Shown here piece by piece: positions 39,716 through 52,759 of a DNA stretch of 64,000 nt. Under the pieces are notes generated by a model, which did not search any database, had not been told where the DNA came from, and worked only from the letters and a program-made list of their open reading frames with translations. Origin of the DNA: Lingula anatina (taxonomy: Eukaryota; Animalia; Brachiopoda); assembly GCA_051362555.1 (NCBI GenBank), contig CM120646.1, forward strand, positions 8,556,001-8,620,000, in the 5' to 3' direction. The position numbers and the translations under genes were made by a program. Each line of letters begins with the position of its first letter. Position 1 is the stretch's first letter.

Positions 39716-41910
39716 ATAGACGATGATGATGATGATGATGATGATTAAATCGTGAACTTGCCCAGTGTCTTACCCAGATACTGGCAATGTACCATGACAC
39801 TGACTAAGACCATTTAAACGTTAGACTAAGAGTTTCTCCCATTTCACTTTTTAATACATCATCCAAGATATTTTCAAATGCATATTGTTGACATAGTTCT
39901 TTTCATTAAGTTTGTAAAGAAGTTGGTTTTTTTGTGTTAGCCTGTATCAGTCATGCTCATCGTCCTCAAACGGGAAATAGAATCAGATTTCGTAAAAGCA
40001 ATGGCAATATTAATTTAAAAGTAGGCCTACATATTAACCAGGCGTCGGTAGAGCGTCAATTCCCAGCAACGCATATAAACCACTTCTATTAGTTTCTTAT
40101 TCGGCTCAAGTAAATTTGACATGCCAAGGGATAAACTTAATAAAATAAATCACTTGATCAACAGATCAAAAGAGCTTTAAACTGCTCCTTTCTTGAAATT
40201 ATTGATCCTAAATTTAACCTACTTACAGATACCTGACCTACTTATCTGCCCCCATTATATACAGCATAGAAAGCCAGCAAAATATCCGTTAAAGAATAAT
40301 TTTTTTGGGTACATTAAACGATGTATTTTGCTAATTCTCTTAGTTATACTATTTGAAACTATGTGCTGGCATTTGGTCGGCTTTTGTGGCAAAAAATTGA
40401 CTTCATATGCATCTTAAATGAGAACCTTCGTTTTTCTAGGGCTAAGAAGTTTTCGTTGGATCCCTTGAATCCTGACCAAAAGGCTGCCCATACCCAAAGC
40501 GCCAACGCTCCAACTTTGTCCTATGGCTCCGTTTCTGGTAAGACATACGCTGTATAAGGTTAAAGGGATAATAACTCTTCGTATGAGATCTATATTTCAC
40601 AATAAAAACATTGTGAAGAACTCACAGAAATATAATACATTCTTTTTTACCACAAAAACGGCAGTTATAGCTCTTATTCTGATATCCGAGCTTGTCTTTA
40701 GACCACGTGACCTCCATTGAAGGCTATACTCTGTTAAAATCTCTTAAGAGATTTTAACAAAAAACCAAACTTTTTAGAAAAAAACCAGGGACTAACTTTG
40801 AATGTAAAAATGGATTCATTAACCATTAGTAAGTATGGGAAAATTGTTGTTTACTCCAGGAAAATTCATTTTTTTGCCGAAACGAAGAGTTATTATCCCT
40901 TTAATCGGCACGAGGGTTTGGAAGGGAGTGAATCGCACACACCTACCCCTTTTCTAAAATGAATTCCACGAAGTCAGCAGTGGACCGTAGTGAATAGGGG
41001 CTAAAGAGGAAATGAGACCCAACAGAGGACTGCAAAATGCCCCAAAGTTAACCATATTTTATTAAATATCTGCACGGTTGCAGGGCAGCAAAAAGGGGGG
41101 GGGGGGGGGGGGGGGTAGCACAGGAACAAAACATAGAGCCTCGTGGTCATGAGGCCGTGGTCACGTACACGTAGATGATTTTGGCGTGTTTGCGACTGTA
41201 AGTCTACTAGATATCAATTAAACAGATTTATGAGTCAGTGATTTTCCTAAGTACGTCTTAATTTTTTCATTGAAGATTCCAATAATAACCAAGAAATCTT
41301 TTGATTTTTGCCAAGCTATAGACTTCATAAAAATTGTAAATTTTACGAGCTTCACTCCTATTGTTGAGTCCCGTTGCCTCGCTTTCGACACCAAAGAGCA
41401 AATTACTTGTAAATGAAACTAACCAGACTGTAAACAGTGGCAAGCTTTTTCAGTTTTGCCATTTTGTTTATTTAAAAAAACGCACTTTTTTGTACATGCG
41501 CAAAAGGTTTGATACATGTGCTTGGAGGATTGCACATGGTTCCTCTTTCTCCATACCCGTGACCCGCTAGTTATAGTACGTGTAATTTTTATATTCTGCC
41601 ATTGAATGCAATACTGTGTCGTATTTGCAGGTAAGCACACACTAGTGATGGTGGACCCGGACGTTCCCTCTAGTACCGTTGGCACCTTGGCTAAACCCTT
41701 ACTCCACATGCTAGTGTTAAACATCCAAGACGGCAACGTCCCACAGGGCCAGGTCATCGCGAGATACAATGGTCCCATGCCGCCCGACGCCAGCCCTCAT
41801 TATTATTTTTTCATGATTTTAAGTCATGCGGATGAAGTTGACAATTCTACCATTCCTCAGTATAGTAACGGGGGAAATCTAAGCTGCGGGGTGCCTGGAA
41901 GGTAATGCTT

Positions 41911-41979
<69 letters not shown>

Positions 41980-42846
41980 GAGGGTATTAAAAAGGCATAT
42001 TCAGTACCTGTACATATGCGTGAGTGGAAGAAAAATTGGCGAGCACGAGCATATTCGTAGAAACATTTAAAATAACGGTTGCTCTTTGTCTGCATAGAGC
42101 AAGAGAATTAACTTTTAGCCTATTTTAATAATTTAAAATTATTAACTTATCACTGTTAACATGTGACGGGAATGGTAACTCACTACGCGAACCGTAGTCA
42201 ATTTTTCATTCTTCTCCACAGATCCTAATTGTCCCACATAATGGCCTCGACACTGCCAGCTAACTTTAAATTGTGCTACACTGTATGTACATATATGGGA
42301 CTCCGAACTTGTATTCCCGGTGTAATGTGACAGAGAGTCCCCCATAACAGAGAGTACGCTTCCCATTCATTTGTACAGGCGAGCTTCGCCCTAGATTTTG
42401 ACCCACTTACGTCAGACTAATCCTAACCATTATAACTATATGGAGGGCGGACTTTCTTTTACACGCACCTTCAGTTTCGTTACACCGGGACTACCATTCC
42501 TGTCAAACCTGAGTGAAGCTGATGTGAATAAGTGTGAATAACGAAAATGTTTTGAGTCCATATCAAGAATGCAATCTGTCTTATTTCCAGATGCCTGTTC
42601 GATGTGAAGAAATTTATTTCAGACAATTCCATGTCACTGGTTGGGCTGAGTTGGATGCGCGTATCCAATGACATCTTCGTTAACTTTAAAAACATGCAAA
42701 GAGGAAGGTTGACTGAAGCTCAGGTCTGCGCAAACGAGCCGACCTACCAGACCCCCTGCCCTACCGGGACTGCCTCTGGTCTCAGCAACATACATTGGGT
42801 GAGCTTGGCACTGCTTCCACTAGTGTCACTCTGGCATAAGCTCTGA
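35148..42846 (+). CDS. Secreted, probably GPI-anchored phosphatidylethanolamine-binding protein (PEBP) family member (286 aa)
   Basis: Exons 35148-35205 (signal MSNLLRLTLYTLLCVGGVA), 37919-37975 (GC donor CAG|GCAAGT), 39155-39275, 40440-40537, 41631-41901, 42591-42846; phases 1/1/2/1/2 give an open 861-nt frame. Motifs HTLVMVDPDVP, LLHMLVLNI, YNGPMPP..PHYYFF, RCLFDVKKF; hydrophobic C-tail WVSLALLPLVSLWHKL. Confidence 0.85.
39646..39745. repeat. (TAT)n and (GAT)n microsatellite
   Basis: Directly visible. Confidence 0.9.
40564..40900. mobile_element. Kolobok-like MITE (337 bp) in a PEBP intron
   Basis: Perfect 19-bp TIR AGGGATAATAACTCTTCGT, flanked by TTAA (40560-40563 and 40901-40904). TTAA TSD with purine-purine termini fits Kolobok. 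Confidence 0.8.
41912..41974. repeat. (TG)n(AG)n microsatellite
   Basis: Directly visible, about 10 bp downstream of a PEBP donor site. Confidence 0.9.
42315..42490. mobile_element. MITE (~176 bp), family copy B
   Basis: TIR tcccggtgtaa...ttacaccggga; homologous to 34294-34466. Confidence 0.75.
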
Positions 42847-45800
42847 AAACGTGTTCAAACAACAATTGCAGTGTTCTCTTTATTATAATACTCCTCTTTT
42901 CTTTGGTATTATCGTCATGAGAATAGTAATCTGTAGTTTTGTGGCAACGATTTACTAGAATGATAATTTCATTTGCTGTCTCCAACTGAGCCTCGTGATC
43001 AGTCTTCGATATCCATGTTACGATTGCTTTGTTTGGGTTTTTTTTAATTTGAGATTAAATGAAAAGCATATTAAAGATAGATATTCCTCGACTTCAAGCA
43101 CTATTTACGCGATTGTAGGATCGTGATGTAAGACGTTTGTTTTCTTTTAGAAGTTCTGCGTCCGCAAGTTCATTTTTAGACTGCAGATGTTTACAATCCG
43201 TGGTCAAGTGCAACTTTCAGTTTTATACCGCTTTGTAAAGAGTTACCGATGAAAGCAATTTTAACAACAGCCATTTCTTCATCCATTATTTTTGTAAAGG
43301 GTGGAAAAACATTTGTTTAACTTTATAGTGCTTTTGTTTTAATATGTTAGCAGAATAAACAACCTTTTTCTTCATGTGATAATCTGCGTGGTTTGCTGTT
43401 TACCTTGATGGAAATTACTCATTTTTCACGCGAGTTGTGCTATTTGCACTCGTTATTAATGTAGCAAAGAGCTCGAGAAAATTAGTCCAGTTACACGTAA
43501 TCCAAGGTGACGAACGGATACCAGAGCTTTTAAGCTAAAATGCCATACTTGTCAATGTAAATGGCGAGAAACGTCATAAATTATAACTCATATCATGTAA
43601 ATTATTCTACCGCACGGAATAAAATGAAAAGGTACGTGAAAAAGATAGGTAATTCAATGATAATGGAAGTAAACTTTTTTGTCACTGATAAGACAATATC
43701 AAAACACCGAGAACCAAAGTTAGTTTATTGTTAGCTTGCGTCACAATCGCATATCAAACATTTAAGAAAGTTCGTTTCAATATGTGTGAGCAATTTTGCA
43801 ATAACGGGCCATTTTGCCATTTTCATTTGTTATTTCGATGTTATAATTTGAATTACAGAGTTTTCAAGTTATGGTCAATTTAAACCTCCTTCTTTTCTAC
43901 AACTAAACATACAATATAGGCCCTACGTATCTGGAAAAATCGCCAAATGTGCATTTTACAGAATAGAGTTGTATCATCAAAATCAATATTTGAATTCAAC
44001 TTAAAATGCATAAAAACACATCTTCAAGTTGAAAACGAAATGTCTAGCAGAAGATTTACCCAAATCTCCAAACAGACAACCGGTTGTACTAGCACAGAAC
44101 TCTGCCCGATCATTAGTTGCTGATATCTTTATACGTGTAACAATTCGTTTAACTGAAGCAAGGCATGTTTTGCATTGACATTCTTTCCGTCAAAGGAGAA
44201 ATACCAAAAGTATCGTTTTTGGTTCGAAACACATTATAGTATAAGTAAATTACCATAAGACATCATGGTCGGATAGAATACTGAACTACATCTTAATAAT
44301 ATATGAATGATATAAAACCAGTTAGATACAGGAATGACTAGGCTTAATCAATCTTTTTCATGATGCTTCATGAATTAAATGTCAGGTACTTTCGACTTTT
44401 ATTTGACACCTTTTGATGCATAACATGGCTATTCAGAAAAAAGCAAACACTTCTTAACATGTCATTAGCCAACTCTGCAGAAAGACGAAATTCTACAAGG
44501 GAGACTGCAGTCTTGACATGAAAGCGGGCGATGTCGAATACAAATCTGATGTCTTTGCTGGAGGACGCATCCAATTTTCTCGTAAGCAGTATTTAGAAGT
44601 CACTGAAATTAAACCAAGAAATTCCCATTCAAGAAACGATGTGTAATGGTTTGAAGATGTATCATTACAGCAGCCTGCTGTGGTACGCATTTCAAGCAAA
44701 TCACTGCTCTATTGAGCCAACACTTTCTGTGTAATCACGCAGTTTACTACAATACCATTCCTTATTTCTATATCTATATAGACTATATATAAATTCACAA
44801 GTAAGATGATACAGAAGAAAAGATACAGGCGCTCGGATTACACAGATGTTCAAAGAAGTCAATAAATGAAAACATATGACAGAAGTATAAAGTTAAGGGA
44901 ACCTAAAGCAAAAAATCGTCATAACGCACAGCCGCTGGTCGAGCCAGGTTGTTGCTCGGGAGGAACAAGGATAGAAATGATTGTCTTGGACGCTCGATAA
45001 ATATCAAACGGTAGGCGAGGACGATTTAGTAAGTGCTGGGAACAATGAAGAACTTGCTTGACTTCGTCTGATTTCGTTCTATGTAATGTTTTCCCCCATC
45101 CCCCCACATATCATCCAACCTGGTCCCGCCAATGTGTATTTTGTGCATGAAAAATTCGTCGTTTCCACGAAAGTAGTGTGATAATAGTTCAACATCTTAT
45201 TGCTAATTGTGACGATTACTACCACTACACTTAAATAACAGTAAATGATTCATTATATCAATTACATTTCAAACTATTAAAACTGATGCTCTGGACTGAA
45301 AATTGTGTCACCCCCCCCCCCCCCCCCCCCCCTTGGACTGATGGAATAACCCTCTTGCTTGTGCGGTCTTTCTTACTAAAGCACGAAATGCATCAATTTT
45401 GACACATAACAAATTGTTGTTTTACATCATTTATAGAGTACTTACAACAGATCGCTGCCGTTTTCAGTGCTAAATTCCACCCTGCAAGTGAAAATAATAG
45501 CAATGTGACATGAATTTTCTTTCCTCCCCATGTTCTACTGACTATGGTCCTGTCTGAGCACCTCTCATCAGAATGCATGATAATGTACAAGTCACCCGCT
45601 TTTCGTACGTTAGCTTCCATTTAGAATATATCTTTGTTATTTGAAAACCCGCAATGGATCCCCAATAATGAATCTCCAGTCCGGATAAGTTATTTGGGTT
45701 TGCTGAAGTCATAAGGACAAAAAGAATATCATTTTATGATCCATTAGTCTATACTAAATGACTATGCTGAGGAATACGATTTGAAAGGTTGAATGAATGA

Positions 45801-46589
45801 ACCCAATGAAATCGCTGGCGCCGGATTGTGGCGGAGGATTGAACTAACAGACGTGATTTTATAAATAACTATTAAAATAACTTCTAAGAAATGCCCTCCT
45901 CTGATCAAGTGTTTCGGGTTGCCGACCAGAAATTCATAAAACTTGCTTTAGGTTAAGTAATTTCATTTAGTCTCTTATAAAGATTATATAAAATGAGAGT
46001 AAATGACCTGTAACGTCTATAAATTATTAATGCCAGTTCACCTTCTTCAAATTTCTGGTCGTAAATTTGACCTAGGCCTACTTATTTTTATTGTTACTGT
46101 GGTGAACAGGGACACCGGCTCTGTGCTGGTTTATCGATTTATCAAAAAAACATTGTAAAACTGTTCGATTAATTGTGAATATTTATTTATAAAACTTCGA
46201 TCGTTCTGCACATTACATCGCCGCAAGAAGTTCGGTTACAACAGTACTGAGGCTACAAAGATTGGCTTCAGGTTCTGTCTCAACATGATTGTGACGGTGG
46301 CCATGAATTTTGTCGCAACATGATTGTGACGGTGTCCATGAATTTCATCATATTGTGCTTGTGAAGACAGCAATAAAAGATGGGCGTCGATTTGCCCATT
46401 TTACTTATAATTTCTCATGGCTATCATGATGAAAATTTGTCATATGAACTGTAATAGATATGGTGTGTTCAGACATTGTGAAAGCAATTATTTATGCAAA
46501 TATTAAAAATCTGTATTTACTTAAATACTGAATGTTGTACAGCTTTCAATTTTGTATAATGCCCGTTGTAGTGAACCATTAATAGTACT

Positions 46590-46746
46590 CAGGGCCGTAG
46601 CCAGCAAATTCAAAGGGGTGGTTCTTTTTCTAAAATAGTGGACCTTTTACAATGAAGCGTATGTGAACTTAGATCAAACTTTACCCAAATGGGCCTTTTC
46701 CTGGCAAAAAGGGCAGTTTTTTCGAACCCCCCTGACTAAGGGCCTG
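46590..46746. mobile_element. MITE (157 bp) with a 5-bp TSD
   Basis: Imperfect TIR cagggccgtagccag / ctgactaagggcctg; GTACT duplicated at 46585-46589 and 46747-46751; an empty-site paralogue lies at ~46838-46905. Confidence 0.75.
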
Positions 46747-47467
46747 GTACTGATAGTTTAAATTTGCATATATTTGATTTGCATATTTGTTTAATTGTTT
46801 AATTTATTCAGATGTATGTAAGCATGGGAGCTTGCATGTAGTGAACCATTAATAGTACCGATAGTTAGATTTGCATGTATGTGATTTGCACATTTGTTTA
46901 ATTTAAATGTATCTACAATTAAGTTTTAATTTATTCAAATGTACCTATATCTAAGCATGACAGGTTGCATGTCAGTTATGGACGTTAATTTAAAATGCAA
47001 ATTAAGATTAAGCATAAAAGAGGCCACAGAGCCACAGAGAAGGACAGACAGATACATAGGAATGGAGAGAGAGAGAGAGAGCGGGCTGGACAGACACACT
47101 TATAGTTATAGAGACCCGAGATTTACCGTCAGTTGAATAAACTATACAGCAGAAAACTATATCTGCCTGTCTCATTTATCTTATTGGTGAAAAGCAAATC
47201 GAAGAACTGAATAACTAACTGGCAGGTTATTACACTGTATAAAGTATAATCATAAAAGAAATAAGCATATGTCTTTATTGTAGAGAGTAAATTCCTTGAT
47301 CACAGCATTTTTAAATTATACTAGAACAAATAAAGGTTATTGTTAGTATCATAAAGATCAATCTTCAATTTTTCCTAAAACTTTTTTGCAACGAATCTGG
47401 CAAAAATTCATATTCTCTGTCTTTTACCGAGACAGATTGTTAAAAGGGTATTCAAATCAGTGTCAGG

Positions 47468-47583
47468 GTCGACCACCCTGAGCTTCAGAGATAACTTGAC
47501 ACTAAGTTACTTGACACGATGAAGATAGGCTATAGTGAAGAGGTTAGTGTCAAGTTATCTCTGAAGCTCAGGGTTGGGTCGAC
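47468..47583. repeat. Hairpin with perfect 31-bp inverted arms
   Basis: accctgagcttcagagataacttgacactaa (47475-47505) and its reverse complement (47544-47574), extended by gtcgacc/ggtcgac. Confidence 0.85.
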
Positions 47584-48161
47584 TCGCGGATGGCTGATAT
47601 TTATTCAATGGATAGGCTCATCTACTTCTATGGAATACTTTTTGAAATGGCAAATTGGAAAATTTTACTATGAAAAAAGTATTTGCAAAAATTGAACCTT
47701 TTTTATATTTGAACCTTTTTTATATGTCATACTGTATTATATACCATTTGTTTGTTCAGTGTCAGCTGTAGGATATACCTCGGGTTATGTAAATTAACGC
47801 ACTTTACGGTTGAATACGGGTAATTAATTAAATACTAAAGGAATAAATAGCAGATTTTGTTGAGAGGTGGGTGTGGACTTCCTGTAGGTGACAAATGACT
47901 TGGAAAAACAGTGTGTCGGTGGTGCAGTGCTAAAATTCTCGCCCGTCAGCGGGCGGCTCAGCCGATGCTGCATCTCCTTTATTTGAACGTTCGTATTACT
48001 TACACGAAGATCCAACAGGTAGTGCTTGGTCAGCATAACTACATAATAAAGATAAAATAATCATAATATAAAATCATAATCATTTTAGTTGTCAAATGTT
48101 CATCACACAGACGGTTTTCACCAGATCAAAATGGTTGTGTGCCCTCATATGGCATATAAGG

Positions 48162-48234
48162 GGCTCAGTGGTGTAGCGGTTATCACATCCGCCTAACACG
48201 CAGAAGGTCCCCGGTCCGATCCTGGGCGGAACCA
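48162..48234 (+). tRNA. tRNA-Val(AAC), degenerate, probable pseudogene
   Basis: 73 nt with A-box TGGTGTAGCGG and anticodon loop CTAACAC. It has two acceptor-stem mismatches (C-A, A-G), one anticodon-stem mismatch (C-A) and T-loop TCCGATC instead of TTCGATC. Confidence 0.85.
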
Positions 48235-48477
48235 TTCTTTCGAGCTACCATGCTCATATGATCATTTTTACTTGAAATGCGTTGACCGTCTGACGACAGG
48301 GCCGCTGAAATTTACAACATAAGACAATCACCCTTCTCATTCAGTAAATGTATGCCATCCACTGTTTGCACTATAATGCTCAGGCAACAAAAATACATGG
48401 TGATAGCTCTGTAAAATAATTCCTTACTATTAACCCATTGTAGCCCTCGTCATCAAAACAAACGGCAGCCATACTGG

Positions 48478-50356
48478 GGGGGGCGTCTCGATAGTCCGAA
48501 GGTTCATTGGTCCGAAGGTTCATTGGTCCGAAAATTCGTAAATTTTTCATCAGATTTTCAACAAAAAGGTTCATTGGTCCGAAGGTTCATTAGTCCGAAA
48601 ATTAAAGGTCCATTGGTCCGAAGGTTCATTAGTCCGAAGGTTCGATAGTCCGAAGGTTCGATAGTCCGAAGGTTCATTAGTCCGAAGGTTCGATAGTCCG
48701 AAACATTTTAAGATGTTCTTCGATTTTAAGAATTATAATTACAAACGGAATCTAAGGGTGCGTTCCCAACGAAACTATCATTCTACGGAGATTGATCCAA
48801 CTCCACCAGGATTCTCACTGTATGCAATCAGATTAGCAATCCTGGAGCTGCTAGGGGGTGATTAACTTTCGTGTGAACTCAGCTTCTAGAATCTTTATCA
48901 TTTCGTTTTGAGTGCGACCGAAACGCACGTGAAAATTATCCATATAGGTCGTATTGTTTCCGTGAACTACTCTTTACAATGTGGGGAAGTTTGGGGATAT
49001 GCAATGGCTACCCTTTCCAACTCATGAACACCATACATGTTTCACATGAAATATTGAATAAAGATTGGAACGCATAAAATGAGAGGACGCCTATAATGAC
49101 ATTTTCTTACGATGTCTTAAGATACTATGATTAGAATTCAAATTCTTCTAACCTACACATTTCTTAAATTATGTAAAAGTTATAGAATAATTGCATTTCC
49201 AAACAAACTATGTTGTTGTTCGCACAGCCCACTCCCCTACCCTCCCCCCCACCCCCACCCCCCCCCCCCCAAAAAAAAAAAAAAAAAAAAAAAACAGCCG
49301 TTCCGCCAGCAGTATTGTATTACTCATAGGGATGAGGATGAATTAACTGGAGTGTAAACTTGGCATAAAAAAAAAATTACGAGCATTTACGAAAACAAGC
49401 TTTTCCCTTACTAGGCCTTTAAACATAAAAATTGTATCAGAATACAGTAATATGCTCAAATATCCACAAATAGTAATACATATTTAATTCCACCCCCTCT
49501 TCCCCAGCAATACTGAAGGTGCTGAAACGTTTATAATCTGAATAGAAATGTGGCAACGCCATATTATTTATTTATTATTGGGCCTATTTATTGGGCCTAT
49601 TTATTTATTTATTTATTTATTTATTAAACGTAAAATACAAGTGAGAAGGCAGTTTGAACATGTTGAAATATTCTAAAACAGTTAAACTTCTAATCTGATG
49701 AACAACATCAAAAATGCTGTCTTTGTAACAAATTCATTTAAACGAAGAAAAACGTACTCTGCAAAAAGTAGATACACTTGTGACTCGTGAGAAAATTTCC
49801 ATTTGATTTTACAAAATAAACCTTTGCAGTTAAATATCGTCAACTTCCAATCCCATGAAAAACATCAAGATCTGTTTTTTTTTTTTTTTTTTTTTTTTTT
49901 TTTGTAACTAATGTAATATGCTAGTATTGACGTTATTTTTGCCCGTGCAGACCTAACTTTTAAAACCTCTACCAGGGCGACTGATAGATTTTTTTACAGA
50001 TAGGCCTATTCACAGATGTGTCTCTAGATAAATAGGTGGTCATTTTGAGACACCAACAATTTTCGGGGCCCTTTAGCGGGCCCTAGATCCTACGCCAAGG
50101 GGGGTGGGGGCTTTGCAACCGCGGACCCCACTTCAAATAATCTTGGATCCGCCCCTGTACATGTAATTCACTATACACTTATACAGCGGGCCTACATTCG
50201 GACTATCGAACCTTCGGACTATCGAACCTTCGGACTAATGAACCTTCGGACCAATGAACCTTCGGACTATCGAACCTTCGGACCAATGAACCTTCAATGC
50301 ACATTCGGACCATTGAACCTTCGGACTATTGAACCTTCGGACTATCGCTACGGCCC
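48478..50356. mobile_element. Foldback-type non-autonomous element (Mutator-like, 9-bp TSD)
   Basis: Inverted arms built from 15-bp tandem units gtccgaaggttc(att/gat)(a/g) at ~48490-48702 and their reverse complement at ~50198-50347. TSD CCATACTGG at 48469-48477 and 50357-50365. Confidence 0.85.
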
Positions 50357-50459
50357 CCATACTGGAGGGAGACCGGAATCGTCTGCTGCGCATGATCATG
50401 TCTACATGTACAATTTAGCATTTAATTTCTGTGTTTTCTTTGATATTAAACCGAGTAAA

Positions 50460-50640
50460 ATGATGAATTACTGCAGGGTATATGATAGAGAGAAGATAAA
50501 TAACTTAAGAAGCGTTCACAGGCTGCCTGCAGTGGTAACAATCCAAGGTGTAGGGACGAAAACCGTAAACGGAGGAGAGACTGAGGAGTGGCTTTGAATC
50601 AAGACTCATCGGACAAGTAAAGGATAAAACTAATTTATTT
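50460..50640 (+). pseudogene. Degenerate THAP-domain (transposase N-terminus) fragment
   Basis: MMNYCRVYDREKINNLRSVHRLPAVVTIQGVGTKTVNGGETEEWL* resembles the transposon THAP pattern M..FC....RS.YRLPAVIT.QG..T......WL; it is truncated by stops. Confidence 0.5.
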
Positions 50641-51287
50641 TACAGCAAAGAATGAAGACCGAGCTGTGCAGCCTTTACCATAAAAGAAAAAAAGTAGAAA
50701 ACCAATGACCGAGGTGTATAAGATATGAGCGCACGTACACTGCATATTAGTAGTGCCCAAAAAGTCTTGGTGGAGAGTGTGTTGTAAAAACGTGTGGAAA
50801 TACCCAGGCAGGGTTTCGACTTTCATTATGAAGACTCACTTATTGCCTTGGGTGTAATTTGTTATCAGTTATGGTGCTCTTTGGATTTTATCTGCTGTCA
50901 TCTACCTCTTTAATACCTGGTTAGCATTATTGTCAATTAGTGTCAAGGCTACAGTACAATGTACACAGCTCAGCTGGGCCAATTAAATCAATTACCTGTG
51001 TCATGTGTATTTGGAAGTTAGTGGCTTGATTTAAGATTTAGTGTAGTATTAAGAGTAAATCTGTTTTGTAAGTATATATTCTAGCTCAGGTACCATTTAA
51101 TTGAATGAACTTATGAAATGAATTTGAAAAATGTTGAATTCTGTGTTTTCCTACTGTATTATGATGCAAGTTACAATATGAATAAAAATAACTATTGTTA
51201 CCTTTTTTTGTTAATTTACATTTAGGAAATTGATCTGACATTTTCCCACCAAGCCACACTGAATGATTAGGTGCAAATAAATCTTGG

Positions 51288-51338
<51 letters not shown>

Positions 51339-52299
51339 TGACAGGTACAAAAGGCAGCTAGATGGCACACAAGGTAGAAGCAGCGAAAAAATATTCTTAT
51401 ATCTTTGTGACCAGCTGAGGAGACAGGATCTGAACATCAGGAGAGTGAAATTCAGTGCATGACAGGAGTTATTTAATTGGATTTGTTTATTTATTTAATT
51501 GTTCATTTGTTGTTTTAAAGTTGTTATCCTGATAGCTTGCATACAATAAGGACAGGTTTTCTATTTATTTAGAATTGTGAGCAGAAGCACAAGAAGAAAT
51601 GAAAACACTTTTTTCTTTCTCATATTTTTAAAGGCTAAATGGAAAAGTTTGCAAGAAATATAAAATTTTGTATGGTGCACCTCCCACAGATGGTCTGATA
51701 TGCAGAAACAGATGGTTGTTGTACATGTAGGTTGTGCATTTTTAAATTGTGACCACCAGTTGTGGAATTCTCCTAAATAAAATTACAAACTGCTTAGTAA
51801 CACCATCTAAGGCCTTATATGTACATACCCACACAGCACATATCAATTGTGAGTCTTCAATCAAGCATTTCTCTAGACATAGATTAAAAATATACTAAAC
51901 AGTTTTCTCAAATTATGGTGGCTTGATTCGACTTAATATGCTCATGTACATGTTGCATTGCATCATTAAAAGTATGGAAATATTTTTCATGTCAGTGTTA
52001 TCAACCAAAAGGAAAGGGACCCTGATAATCTGTCATTGAATTGTGCAACAATGTTTTGCATTTCATGTTTACTTTTATCCATACAAAATGTGCATTTTCC
52101 TATATTTTCAATCAAATAAAGATCAATTCATGAACTGACTTGTTGTTATGTTACATTGAATGTCATAAGTTTGAAAAATACATTGCTTCTGTGAAGGTCT
52201 GGACTAATAATAAAATGCTAACAATGTTGCTACTGTGAATGGTTGAATTCATGGTAAAATATTGAACTCTCAAACAACAGTCATGTTACAAATACTTCC

Positions 52300-52759
52300 T
52301 AATGAACCAAAATGAAGCACAAGAATGCTGAAATAATTTCTGACAGCTTCATGATGTACAGTTAAATCATATCTGACAGCAATATTTCTTGTCACAACCC
52401 TGCATACTCTCTTCTTTGAGTCCGTAAGGGTTGATCCCGATAGTCAGCTCAAATTTCTCCTTATATCTATCCTTTATGTACAAAGTTGCTTCTATGAAAG
52501 GTTGAACTTATGATTACACAGTAAACTCTCTAAAACTTTAACTTTTATTACCCAATGAACAAGAAAAATGAAGTACAAGATAACTGAACTAGCTTCTGAC
52601 AACATTCCACGATGTTGGGATACAGGGGTAGGTCAGGATTTCACGTCTTTGGACTGTCTTGAGTTTATATGGGTCGATCACGCTGATCAGCTGAAGTTTT
52701 CACATGTATATACTATTTTCCTTTTGGTGTACTTGATCACGATATGAAGATAATTTCAT
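52300..52759 (-). pseudogene. Degenerate, internally duplicated N-terminus of a transposon accessory ORF
   Basis: MKLSSYRDQVHQKENSIYM*KLQLISVIDPYKLK from ATG 52759, and a second copy RYKEKFELTIGINPYGLK near 52470-52415. Both recall the RY.EKL..I..DPY motif of ISL2EU-type accessory ORFs (recognised from memory, not searched). Confidence 0.45.

Noticed and set aside
48490-48702. Regular short repeats resembling a CRISPR array
   Set aside because: Units are head-to-tail without unique spacers, are mirrored near 50198-50347 and lie in eukaryotic DNA; they are foldback transposon arms.
51292-51336. Long poly-A run as a possible retrocopy tail
   Set aside because: No upstream ORF, SINE body or TSD could be identified.
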